Source: a virus
Taxonomy: Duplodnaviria > Caudoviricetes
Length of the DNA stretch: 64,000 nucleotides
IMG/VR virus record: IMGVR_UViG_3300025723_000013
Reading direction: 5' to 3' (one strand)
Shown here: positions 24,038 through 32,961 of the stretch, in pieces
Numbering within the stretch: the stretch's first letter is position 1
Layout: each line of letters starts with the position of its first letter
The notes under the pieces: model-generated
Database searches by the model: none
What the model was told of the DNA's origin: nothing
Seen by the model: the letters and a program-made list of their open reading frames with translations, nothing else
Made by a program: the position numbers and the translations under genes

Positions 24038-25189
24038 ATGCTTCCGGACATTAGATCATTAATAACCCTTGTTGAATCATTGCTGGTTGAAAACACACTC
24101 AGTAAAGGCAGCCAATTTGTCTTGAATAATAAAAAACTAGTTACGGAATTGGCAGATGTTGTGCGTGATGATGTGAACACTTCGCCCCACAATTTTCCCG
24201 CAGACTTTGTTCAAAATGTCAAAGGCAGTGTGGCCAAAGGTGTTAAAAAATTCAATGATCAACAAATCGCTGAATGGATAATGACACAACTGGATCGCAT
24301 AGAAGAACAAGGGTACGAGGGTGTAAGATATCAGCGAGAAGGCAAAGATAATAAATGGATCGTTGAGCGCTATATAGCTGGCAGTCACAACTGGGAAGAT
24401 ATCACCGGAACCTTGAATCTAAATCTAGGAAAATTTTATTTTCTCAAAAATCGAAACATGCTGGAACCGGCGCATTCAAACCTGGGCAGTTTTAAGAGTG
24501 TGCGCGATTTAGGAAACTATTTGGTATTCCATTACCAAGAAGCTCTTAAAGATTATAATGAAAGAATGAAGTTAGCAGCTATGAAACGAGCCATACGAGC
24601 TTTTGTTATAGTGGATAACGATGATTATAAAATTTATGTCACTTTAAATAGAGCTGCCAATGTGCTTTATGGTCAAGGATCAAACTGGTGCACAGCAAAC
24701 AGCAATTACGGTGGACATTTCCAAAGCTATTCCACTAGAGCCATGCTGTTTCAACTTTATCCTTACGCTCCTGATGATGTCTCAATCACCAAGGCCACTA
24801 ATAACGGTGAACGCAAGTTTGTAGGAAAAGAACGATTTCAGTTTGATGCCGGTAATGCTCAAAATCCTGATTTTAAAAATATCGCCGATAGTCAAGCCAA
24901 CGCGGAATACATTAGAGAAAAATTTCCTTACCTTTATACAGATCTAGTTACAGGTCTTAAAGAAAAAAAACCCGAACTTGAAGCTTATATGAAAACGGCT
25001 TCAGAGGATCCTGCATTACAAACAGATGATACAAAAATTAAAACTTACAATATTGATGATGAAATAGAAAAATTAAAAAATTTCATAAGGGCAGGATACA
25101 TGACAACAACGGTGAGGCCGGCTGTGTCCGAAGAAGAACCAGAAGCTTTGCCTGATAACAGTACTCCTCCTGCTGAGCCAACTGCCTAA
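24038..25189 (+). CDS. Late protein with PcfJ-like WCT motif
   Basis: LYGQGSNWCTANS; LLVENT leader. Confidence 0.6.
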   Translation: MLPDIRSLITLVESLLVENTLSKGSQFVLNNKKLVTELADVVRDDVNTSPHNFPADFVQNVKGSVAKGVKKFNDQQIAEWIMTQLDRIEEQGYEGVRYQREGKDNKWIVERYIAGSHNWEDITGTLNLNLGKFYFLKNRNMLEPAHSNLGSFKSVRDLGNYLVFHYQEALKDYNERMKLAAMKRAIRAFVIVDNDDYKIYVTLNRAANVLYGQGSNWCTANSNYGGHFQSYSTRAMLFQLYPYAPDDVSITKATNNGERKFVGKERFQFDAGNAQNPDFKNIADSQANAEYIREKFPYLYTDLVTGLKEKKPELEAYMKTASEDPALQTDDTKIKTYNIDDEIEKLKNFIRAGYMTTTVRPAVSEEEPEALPDNSTPPAEPTA

Positions 25190-25431
25190 AGATCTTTTTT
25201 CCATTTCAATATAAAATAAGTGCCGGCAAAAGATCCAATCATGACCGCTAGAATATAATGATGATCTTCAACGTAAGAGATAGCACTGTAACTGCCGCAT
25301 AACATGATCAAGCTGCTCCATGTGGCTGCCTTCAATGCATTACGTTTTCCGGTTTCAATAAAATACATGGTCCAGCATATATCAGCTAGCGCAACCAGGA
25401 TCATAACAAATAAAAATTTTGCATAAAACAT
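25186..25431 (-). CDS. Small multi-pass membrane protein
   Basis: Hydrophobic; TGTACA-17-TATAAT upstream. Confidence 0.65.
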   Translation of the reverse strand: MFYAKFLFVMILVALADICWTMYFIETGKRNALKAATWSSLIMLCGSYSAISYVEDHHYILAVMIGSFAGTYFILKWKKDL

Positions 25432-25491
25432 GTGTCTATTATAACACAATATCGGTCTAGTGTACATCTATCTTTCAGCATAAATATCGTA

Positions 25492-26316
25492 ATGCATATA
25501 CGTGATATACTGTTAGAACTCGATAGTCGCAAAGCTGCGGTCATATACGGACCTCAATTGATTCAACGCTATTATGGTAATGAAGCGATTTTGAAATATA
25601 AAATGCCTGAAGCTGAACTGAGTGCTTATATCATAAGACAGTTGGCAAAGAAAGACCCTACTACTAATTTGAAGTATCTTACTTGGATCATAAGAGAATA
25701 TATCCAAGGAAGAATAGACCTTGGTCACGATTATGATGACGGTCACGACAATGATGGATTGTATAGATTGTTGAGAAAATTTGATGAGGCCAAAAAGAAA
25801 AATAAAATCAAACCACAATTACGAGATATCAATAAATTTACTATTGATCAATTCAAACGGTTAGGAAAGGTAATAAACTCAAAAGAACAAAGAGATTACG
25901 TAAATTTTAGAAATGCATTTTTTAATACAGTAGTTCCGGATTTGAAAAAAACAGCGCATGAATCGTTAAGACAGGCCCTGATTGAAGCTAACCAATCATT
26001 AGAGAATCAAGATTTTGAACATTTTTATGATTTGATGCAGACATGCAGAAATATCAAACAGACCATCGTTATGATGGATTCCCAATCATTGATACATGAT
26101 ATAAGGTCGCCTAGCAATCCAATTTTTCAACTGATCAATAAAGCGGTAAGGAAAGTCTCTCCAAATATAGAAGGATTATCTCGACCTGATGGCGGTATTG
26201 ATTACGGTTGGTGGTTTTCCAACATTATCAAGAACGGAAAAAAAGGAACGCACTATCAAAAAGTTTTGACCAATCTGCGCCAAATTTTGTTATTCACACC
26301 CAATCACTGGCGGTAA
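25492..26316 (+). CDS. Late protein (MHIRDILLE leader)
   Basis: TAAATA-N5-ATG; DPT..LKYL.WI...Y..G. Confidence 0.7.
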   Translation: MHIRDILLELDSRKAAVIYGPQLIQRYYGNEAILKYKMPEAELSAYIIRQLAKKDPTTNLKYLTWIIREYIQGRIDLGHDYDDGHDNDGLYRLLRKFDEAKKKNKIKPQLRDINKFTIDQFKRLGKVINSKEQRDYVNFRNAFFNTVVPDLKKTAHESLRQALIEANQSLENQDFEHFYDLMQTCRNIKQTIVMMDSQSLIHDIRSPSNPIFQLINKAVRKVSPNIEGLSRPDGGIDYGWWFSNIIKNGKKGTHYQKVLTNLRQILLFTPNHWR

Positions 26317-26322
26317 CACAAT

Positions 26323-26550
26323 ATGATCGATCATAAATTTCGCTCACTAACACACTGGCGTATAGGACCTATTAGAAATCAATGGGGATGGGTTTTTAGT
26401 GCCGCAGAAATCGGAGACACTTGGTTTTTAAAATGGACCACTCCCATTGGCGAAACTGGAATTACTATTTTATCTGACCATGATTCGGTAGTTGACGAAA
26501 TAGATCGTATTAATAGAGAATCCAGTGGAAATTTCACACAAGACGATTGA
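26323..26550 (+). CDS. Hypothetical protein
   Basis: ORF directly after upstream gene. Confidence 0.55.
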   Translation: MIDHKFRSLTHWRIGPIRNQWGWVFSAAEIGDTWFLKWTTPIGETGITILSDHDSVVDEIDRINRESSGNFTQDD

Positions 26551-26622
26551 GGTCAATTGGTTTGACAACATGGATCTTCTTGACCATTACTATGGCATTT
26601 TGTCAGTAAAGATTTAGATTAA

Positions 26623-27306
26623 CTAGTCAAGACTTAATAGTTCATCTTCTAGATCGTGAATTTCAGTGTTCAATCTTTCTAGTAATTGCATATTACGCAA
26701 ACTTTTGTAGACTAGATTTGGAGTTCCAAATTCGCCGTATGCCTTTAATCCCAATTTTCGATAATGTGAGAGCAAGGCCATAACCTGTTTGCATAGATCC
26801 ACGTCTTGCTGTTTGATAGCAAACAATATCAAACGACTCCATGTGTTGACAGATTGTTTGACCTTGCCTAGATTGTAATTCACTTGTGCAGTACTCGGAT
26901 GACGTACCCATTGTCCTTTCAATAAACTATAGCATGCACTGACAGCAGGATTAAGAGAATCCTCAGCATATACTTCAACAGGAATTCCATAGATATCAAT
27001 GTCGTGATTTTTCTTCCACAATTTTCTTTTGCTGTCAAACAGTTCTATTATGGGCTCGTCACATTGTATATCACTGAAATCAAATACCAAATGTAGATCA
27101 ATATCGGAATATTGTGAATAGTTATAGTTGGCCTGGCTGCCCGAAATCAATATGTCGCGAATAGGAGCTTTTACTTTTAGAAACTTGTAGTATTCTCTCG
27201 CTATCCTAAGCAAAGCCCGTTGCACTTCGTCGTGAGGTTTATCACCGTTCCATAAAGCTGGATTCAGTCTGTCATGTATGTCAATAGGCAATTTAAATGT
27301 AGGCAT
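26623..27306 (-). CDS. Pol-beta superfamily nucleotidyltransferase
   Basis: ISGSQANYNYSQYSDIDLH (GS...DxD), IPVEVY. Confidence 0.8.
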   Translation of the reverse strand: MPTFKLPIDIHDRLNPALWNGDKPHDEVQRALLRIAREYYKFLKVKAPIRDILISGSQANYNYSQYSDIDLHLVFDFSDIQCDEPIIELFDSKRKLWKKNHDIDIYGIPVEVYAEDSLNPAVSACYSLLKGQWVRHPSTAQVNYNLGKVKQSVNTWSRLILFAIKQQDVDLCKQVMALLSHYRKLGLKAYGEFGTPNLVYKSLRNMQLLERLNTEIHDLEDELLSLD

Positions 27307-27315
27307 GTCATGTAT

Positions 27316-28770
27316 TTAATCCTTTTCAACATTGATGTTGGCCAGCATTGCTCTCAGCTGTGTAGATCCTGCAATTGCTTTGATCTTGCCAACTGGCACA
27401 CCCCGAGTGGGATCTGCATCACGTGTTTCTGTGTCTGCAGCCGTGTCCAAAGTTTTAACGGTACTGGTTTTTTTAAACTTTTCCATGATGTTGCTGGTGG
27501 CTGAATTGGATTTTTGTTGCCCGAAACTGGATTCTTCATCTTCTCCCAAATCTGAGATACGCAGAGTATCCACATTAAATTCCAAATCCACTTTGTTTCC
27601 AACACCGCTGCTGCTGCGTGTTTTCATAAACTGTATCTGGTAGCGCCCGCGTTCTTTCATAGCACGGCTGGTAAAAATACCGATCACGTTATCTGCTGTC
27701 TGGATCTTGCTTAATCCGCCCGAAATGTGACTGTGATCAAACTCAATTTCTTCCACAGCAGCTCGATTCAACTGACTGGCTGTTACTACCACACATTGCG
27801 TTTCCATGGCCAAATTGCGCAGTTCTTCGCTGACATATTTGTCCTTTACAAAAAGATCGCTCGGACTTACCTTGATCGATAGAGGCATCATAAGGTCTAA
27901 GTAGTCCACTAAAATTATGTCAGGTTTTTGACCTGTTTTGACCTGATATTCCTTCAAATATGATCTCAAATCATTACAATTTTTACCAGAAGGAAGGTAT
28001 TTTACCTGTATTTCTGCCGCCTTCTTTCTTGTCATCTTGACCTTTAGTTCTACATCGTCTAGATTCTTAAACACGTCTCTGGTAGGAGTTCCTGTGACCA
28101 TGCTGTCCAGTCGCATGCTGACCAGTTCTTCACTGAGCTCAAATGTAAAATAGATGGTGTTTAGTCCAGCCAGCGCAAAGTTCAATGCTTGATTGGCCAG
28201 GAACAGCGATTTGCCGCCGCCGGATCCTGCACACCATATGTTCAATTCTCCGCGCTTGAAACCGCCATACAGCTTTTTGTCCACCGTGGGCCAGCCTGTT
28301 GAAATCTGTCCATTGTTTTCTTTCAGCTTGTTTAATCGCGCTCTAGGATCATCCCAATAGTCTGTGCCCATGTCTCGACTGAGACTGATCTGGATAGCGT
28401 CTTTGATCAGTTTTTCTACCGGGCCATAATCACCTGCCTCCAATAGATCACTGCTTTCGATAATGGCTCTTTCTAAACTTTTGTGTCTACTGAAGTTTTC
28501 AAAGTCGTTCAGTAACCAGTCATAGTTCTCTTTGGGAACAGGAGCGGCCTGTAAGTTCATTTTGCAATTGGCATTTAGTATGCCGGGTTCGGGCATGATC
28601 TTGTATTTGTCCACATATTCGGTCATGAACTCTGCGGCCTTTCTTAGCTTTTGATCAAAGTTTTTGGGATCAAAAATGTTCTGGCACCGAATAAATGTTT
28701 CAGCGTCGCTCAAAAACATTTCTAAATAAATCTTTTGTATATCGTGACTGTAATCTGTTTTATTTGTCAT
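27316..28770 (-). CDS. DnaB/gp41-like replicative helicase
   Basis: AGSGGGKS, ILVDYLDLM, TASQLNR, KTRSS. Confidence 0.95.
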   Translation of the reverse strand: MTNKTDYSHDIQKIYLEMFLSDAETFIRCQNIFDPKNFDQKLRKAAEFMTEYVDKYKIMPEPGILNANCKMNLQAAPVPKENYDWLLNDFENFSRHKSLERAIIESSDLLEAGDYGPVEKLIKDAIQISLSRDMGTDYWDDPRARLNKLKENNGQISTGWPTVDKKLYGGFKRGELNIWCAGSGGGKSLFLANQALNFALAGLNTIYFTFELSEELVSMRLDSMVTGTPTRDVFKNLDDVELKVKMTRKKAAEIQVKYLPSGKNCNDLRSYLKEYQVKTGQKPDIILVDYLDLMMPLSIKVSPSDLFVKDKYVSEELRNLAMETQCVVVTASQLNRAAVEEIEFDHSHISGGLSKIQTADNVIGIFTSRAMKERGRYQIQFMKTRSSSGVGNKVDLEFNVDTLRISDLGEDEESSFGQQKSNSATSNIMEKFKKTSTVKTLDTAADTETRDADPTRGVPVGKIKAIAGSTQLRAMLANINVEKD

Positions 28771-29755
28771 CCAGTTTCTCCAATTTTTTCTTCTGTAGCT
28801 CTATTTTTATCTTGTTTGTCTCTCGATAATGCAATATCGTGGCTAGGGTGTAGAGTTTACCATAGCGCAGCACTGCATCAGCTACATCTTTGATATCATC
28901 TGCCCAGGGAGGAAAACTCATGCTCCACCCATTATCAATCGCTGATTTCAACAGCTTGGCACCAGGTCGATCTCGATCAGGAACTACAATAACCGGTTTG
29001 CCTGTAGAGTTGATACGCGCACATTGAACCTCGTTGGGTTCATTTGTCATGATGGCTACTCCACCTATGGCTATGGCATCAAACTGTCCTTCCACTACGA
29101 TTAGATATTTTCTATCCCAATGCTGTGCATCTAAATTAAACACATAACCGGGTTGACTCTTGGTCAGATATCTAGGTCGTCCATTGTTTATTTTACGTGC
29201 CGTCCATCCTACTACTTTTTTGTCATGATAAAATGGAATGATCACGCGATCCTGATATCCGGCACAATCACTCCAATGCCAATCGTAATCATCCAATGTC
29301 AATCCTCTAGACAGTATGTATTCCACAATGTTTGCCAACCGAGAGTCCGGTTCTTGTATGGATAGCCATTGCATGATGCTTTGACATTTGCCAGGCAATG
29401 CTTCTTCGTGCAGCTCAAAATTTAACGCTTTGTTGTCAAGCGGAGATGTGTCTTTGTCTTTTAACGCATCTAAAATCAGTCGATTAATTTCTGTTTCGGG
29501 TAACCCTAACCAGCGCAATAGATCTTTGGTATTTTTACCTACCAGTTTACCGGGTTTCCATCCTGCTTTGAAACCGCAGTTGAAGCAATGCCATACAAAG
29601 CCCTCCCCTTCAAACAGTATGCCGCCACGTTGTCTAGTGTCTTGTGATTCGCCCTTGTGCACACAGCATGGAGCATTGAAGCTGATCCATCCGCCGCTGG
29701 TAGTTTTTCTTTTGGGCGGCAGCAGAGCACGCAACGTTTCTTGTATGAGACTCAT
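28760..29755 (-). CDS. DNA primase (gp61-like)
   Basis: Zn finger CCVH...HCFNC; TOPRIM VEGQFD, VPDRD, KDVAD. Confidence 0.9.
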   Translation of the reverse strand: MSLIQETLRALLPPKRKTTSGGWISFNAPCCVHKGESQDTRQRGGILFEGEGFVWHCFNCGFKAGWKPGKLVGKNTKDLLRWLGLPETEINRLILDALKDKDTSPLDNKALNFELHEEALPGKCQSIMQWLSIQEPDSRLANIVEYILSRGLTLDDYDWHWSDCAGYQDRVIIPFYHDKKVVGWTARKINNGRPRYLTKSQPGYVFNLDAQHWDRKYLIVVEGQFDAIAIGGVAIMTNEPNEVQCARINSTGKPVIVVPDRDRPGAKLLKSAIDNGWSMSFPPWADDIKDVADAVLRYGKLYTLATILHYRETNKIKIELQKKKLEKLDDK

Positions 29756-29764
29756 ACATTGATT

Positions 29765-30640
29765 TTAACTTCTATACAGTATTTGATCAACCGATCCGGC
29801 ATAGGCAAGATTCTGTGCAGCAAATGTGTTGTTGTAGATATTGTTGGATTGTGTCACCGGATTGATAGCTGGAATATAGCGTACTCGAATGTAGGAAAAT
29901 AATCCGTTAAAATTTGTGTAATCAATCCCGCTAAATCCATTGTAGGATTTACTGCTGATCACTGCATAGTTGCCAAAAGTATTTGGGTTATTTTCCAATG
30001 TGCCTTCGATGACAACAGTTCCTTTGTAATTGGTCATGTAAACGGCCACAGTTTGCAGCGCAGTGTTGGATTTAAATTGGGGACTGGCATACAAATTGCC
30101 TGAGTAATAGTTCCATGCTCTCGCTGTTTGATCAGCGTTGAAAAATGTTTGGAATTGACAAGCCAACACCTGTTGACTGGGTATTAGTGTGGGATAGAGA
30201 TCATGTTTTACTTCCACCGTGCCGGCCACATCATAATAGGTGTTAGCGTATGCAGGCACATAACTGCCGTCGGCCGGATCTAGTGCTTTAATCCCTATTT
30301 GATAATACACACTTTCCAATGCTTCTAGATCGCTTTCGTAAAATGTCACTTGCCCAAGTCCTCGCAACGAAGCAGTGGTTCCGTTATCTAGGATTGTTAC
30401 GGGTTTTTGTATCAGTGTGCGTTGATCAGTGGCATCGAACAGTACCATAACAAATGTTCCCGTAGAAACATTCAATAGCTTTTGATCACTGTTTTTGAAT
30501 TGTATCTGTATGGTGTTTTTTACACCTTTCTGCAGTTTTAAATCGCGTTGGTACATAACCTGATAGATCCTATTATTGTTGTCGTCCAAATCTAAAACAA
30601 CTTGATATACATTTGGATATAAATAAACTGGTAATTTCAT
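29765..30640 (-). CDS. Late beta-rich (structural-type) protein
   Basis: TAAATA-N6-ATG. Confidence 0.7.
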   Translation of the reverse strand: MKLPVYLYPNVYQVVLDLDDNNNRIYQVMYQRDLKLQKGVKNTIQIQFKNSDQKLLNVSTGTFVMVLFDATDQRTLIQKPVTILDNGTTASLRGLGQVTFYESDLEALESVYYQIGIKALDPADGSYVPAYANTYYDVAGTVEVKHDLYPTLIPSQQVLACQFQTFFNADQTARAWNYYSGNLYASPQFKSNTALQTVAVYMTNYKGTVVIEGTLENNPNTFGNYAVISSKSYNGFSGIDYTNFNGLFSYIRVRYIPAINPVTQSNNIYNNTFAAQNLAYAGSVDQILYRS

Positions 30641-30643
30641 ATT

Positions 30644-31045
30644 ATGTATTTATTGCAATCAATGACAACAAAAATCGACTTTCAAAAGAATTTTCCCTTT
30701 ATCACCTGTATCAAATCAAATGATGTAGAATATGTAGGTATCATCATCAATTTAAATAGTCATGTGACCAGTCTCTATGATTTTGGCATTATCAAAACCG
30801 ATACAGAAAAAAGCAAATTCTTAGAATTGGGTGACGTCTGGTGGTGGGAAAGCAATCGCAAAATACCTATCAATATTTTTCTCAAAAAAGACATGATCAT
30901 ATTTAGAAATTATATCAAAACTTTCAATTCCAAGGATGTGGAAATACTTTTTGGACCCGTGGTCAATCTGGATGAGATTTCGGAAAAACGGGTAAAAAGA
31001 AAATCCATACAATTGGTACGCGCTCCAAAAAAATCCAAAGACTAA
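30644..31045 (+). CDS. Hypothetical phage protein
   Basis: YVGIIIN...WWWESNRKIPINIFL; start uncertain. Confidence 0.75.
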   Translation: MYLLQSMTTKIDFQKNFPFITCIKSNDVEYVGIIINLNSHVTSLYDFGIIKTDTEKSKFLELGDVWWWESNRKIPINIFLKKDMIIFRNYIKTFNSKDVEILFGPVVNLDEISEKRVKRKSIQLVRAPKKSKD

Positions 31046-31611
31046 TAGTTTTCACAGATAAGATTCATCTGCACAGCCACTAACATCGCATAGCTGATAG
31101 CGTGAGCCTTTTTAAAAGCATAATCTTCGCCCTCAGACTTTGTCCATATCTCGTTCATCACTGTAGTCCAGTCTTTCCCAATCAAATAACGTTTCGCGGG
31201 GCGTATCATCGCTAGGACCGCAGCTAACTGTTCCACGGAAGTTGGGCAAGTCATCCTCAGTACATCCCCATGCCCCCTTAAATGAAATAGTAGATTTACA
31301 AACTCGTCTTGAAGTAAAAGCTCCCATAATGGCTCCTTGTTCATTAATTCAATTAAATGTTGTTCGCTTTTGATATCTTTATAAACACCCACATTTAAAA
31401 AATCCAGCTTGAAATAGCCTCGACTTTCTGCAGTTTTATAATCAATTGCCGCAATATTACTTATTGGGTTTACAGGAATTTTCTGTAGGTATATTCCGGT
31501 ACTGTGTTTTTTATATTCGCCGCGTTCTATGCGCGAAGCTGCGATATGAGGAATCTTTGATAAAATATCTTCTCTATTGGCAAAATCAATGTCAACATCT
31601 GACTGTATCAT
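31042..31611 (-). CDS. Minimal DNA polymerase III alpha (DnaE)-like catalytic core
   Basis: SDVDIDF, KHSTG, FKLDFLNV, LAMIRP, YAFKKAHAISYA. Confidence 0.8.
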   Translation of the reverse strand: MIQSDVDIDFANREDILSKIPHIAASRIERGEYKKHSTGIYLQKIPVNPISNIAAIDYKTAESRGYFKLDFLNVGVYKDIKSEQHLIELMNKEPLWELLLQDEFVNLLFHLRGHGDVLRMTCPTSVEQLAAVLAMIRPAKRYLIGKDWTTVMNEIWTKSEGEDYAFKKAHAISYAMLVAVQMNLICENY

Positions 31612-32303
31612 TCTATTCCCGCTTCTTTACAAATCTCTTTGACAAGACCAACGTCTGCTGGGGCGTTTTTAAATCGCTTGAGCCAATGAGTAACATCAAA
31701 GGCTGGAGCAATTAATTCCAACTGTTCGTCACTGAAACCTTCTACCATGGCTTTTCCGCTTTTGGAGTTTAGTATCAACCAAGCAGAAATTTTACCGTTT
31801 CTTATATCATGCACTGCACGATTATGATTCACATAATTAAAATAATGATTAAACTGTGCTTGACTTATATCAGCCCATTCCATCATGGTCTGAAGTGATC
31901 TTTGCACCGCAGCCTCAACTGGTTCAGTTTTCAGTGTTTCATAGAGATAAGCTTCGTACAGTGCGTCTCTGCACCAATGATCCAGCTTGACTCCACTTTT
32001 GATCACGAAGTCAATAAATTTTTCCGGATATAGCGGATTGACATTGTTTAGGAAACTTCCAAACTTTACAAAAGCATTGTAAAAAGAACTCTTGCAAAAA
32101 TCTTCATAAGATTTAGTTGTTCTAGAGTTTTGAGTCAGCTGATAGAATCTATTATAGGCCATGAATCCTGTACGGACTCTTTTTTCGTCTTTTTGTAATG
32201 CTCTTCGTTTGTTTTCGCACATGTGGCTAAATAAAGTACGGGATTGCATAAATTTCTTCCCACAATGCGAGCAGGTAAAGGGCTGATCAGCTAAATCAAT
32301 CAC
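31608..32303 (-). CDS. Protein with N-terminal C2H2-like Zn finger
   Basis: CSHCGKKF......HMC. Confidence 0.7.
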   Translation of the reverse strand: MIDLADQPFTCSHCGKKFMQSRTLFSHMCENKRRALQKDEKRVRTGFMAYNRFYQLTQNSRTTKSYEDFCKSSFYNAFVKFGSFLNNVNPLYPEKFIDFVIKSGVKLDHWCRDALYEAYLYETLKTEPVEAAVQRSLQTMMEWADISQAQFNHYFNYVNHNRAVHDIRNGKISAWLILNSKSGKAMVEGFSDEQLELIAPAFDVTHWLKRFKNAPADVGLVKEICKEAGIE

Positions 32304-32476
32304 TCTTGTAAGGTCCCGTTTATTTTTCTAGCGAGATTGCTGGCAAACCGAATTAAACTTTCATGAGATGAAAATTTTCCTTCAACATATAATTTAATAT
32401 TATTATTATCGATGCCTGTTTCTATATAAACCTTTCCATCATGAGAAACCCCAGTGGTCCAAACTTCTTGTATCAT
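32300..32476 (-). CDS. 58-aa hypothetical protein
   Basis: Overlaps both neighbours, filling the gap. Confidence 0.55.
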   Translation of the reverse strand: MIQEVWTTGVSHDGKVYIETGIDNNNIKLYVEGKFSSHESLIRFASNLARKINGTLQE

Positions 32477-32928
32477 TCGTATTCCTTCCTTTGTTTTTTA
32501 TCAAACCCCATTTTATCAAATAGTTCTTTGATATCTTCTTTGGTCATCATACCGGACAACAATTTAATCTCATTCATTTTCATTGCAGGATACAGTTCTG
32601 CTATCAGTCGTTTAATTTTTTGTGCTTTTTCTTTTTTACCTGCAGCGAGATACTGATGATACATCCGCGTACCTACACCGACACCTGCAAATAGCTTCCA
32701 GAGCAATGCTTTATGATGTTTGCTCAGTACCCAATGATGTTTATTAACCAGTTCATTGGTTCTTTCAAGATACCATTCCTGTATATCATGATCTCCTTTG
32801 ACATTGCTAGTATAACGCATCAAAATAAAAGGACTAAAGGATTTTTTTTCGTCAGCGGTAAGATTATCATAGAAATTATAATTTCTCAAATCTACTGCTG
32901 TCAATTCCTTCTTGATATCAAGCGCCAT
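32473..32928 (-). CDS. Possible clamp-loader small subunit (gp62-like)
   Basis: FSPFILMRY..., size and replication context; weak similarity. Confidence 0.4.
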   Translation of the reverse strand: MALDIKKELTAVDLRNYNFYDNLTADEKKSFSPFILMRYTSNVKGDHDIQEWYLERTNELVNKHHWVLSKHHKALLWKLFAGVGVGTRMYHQYLAAGKKEKAQKIKRLIAELYPAMKMNEIKLLSGMMTKEDIKELFDKMGFDKKQRKEYE

Positions 32929-32961
32929 TTTCTTTTCCTAGATAATATAATATTTTTGATT

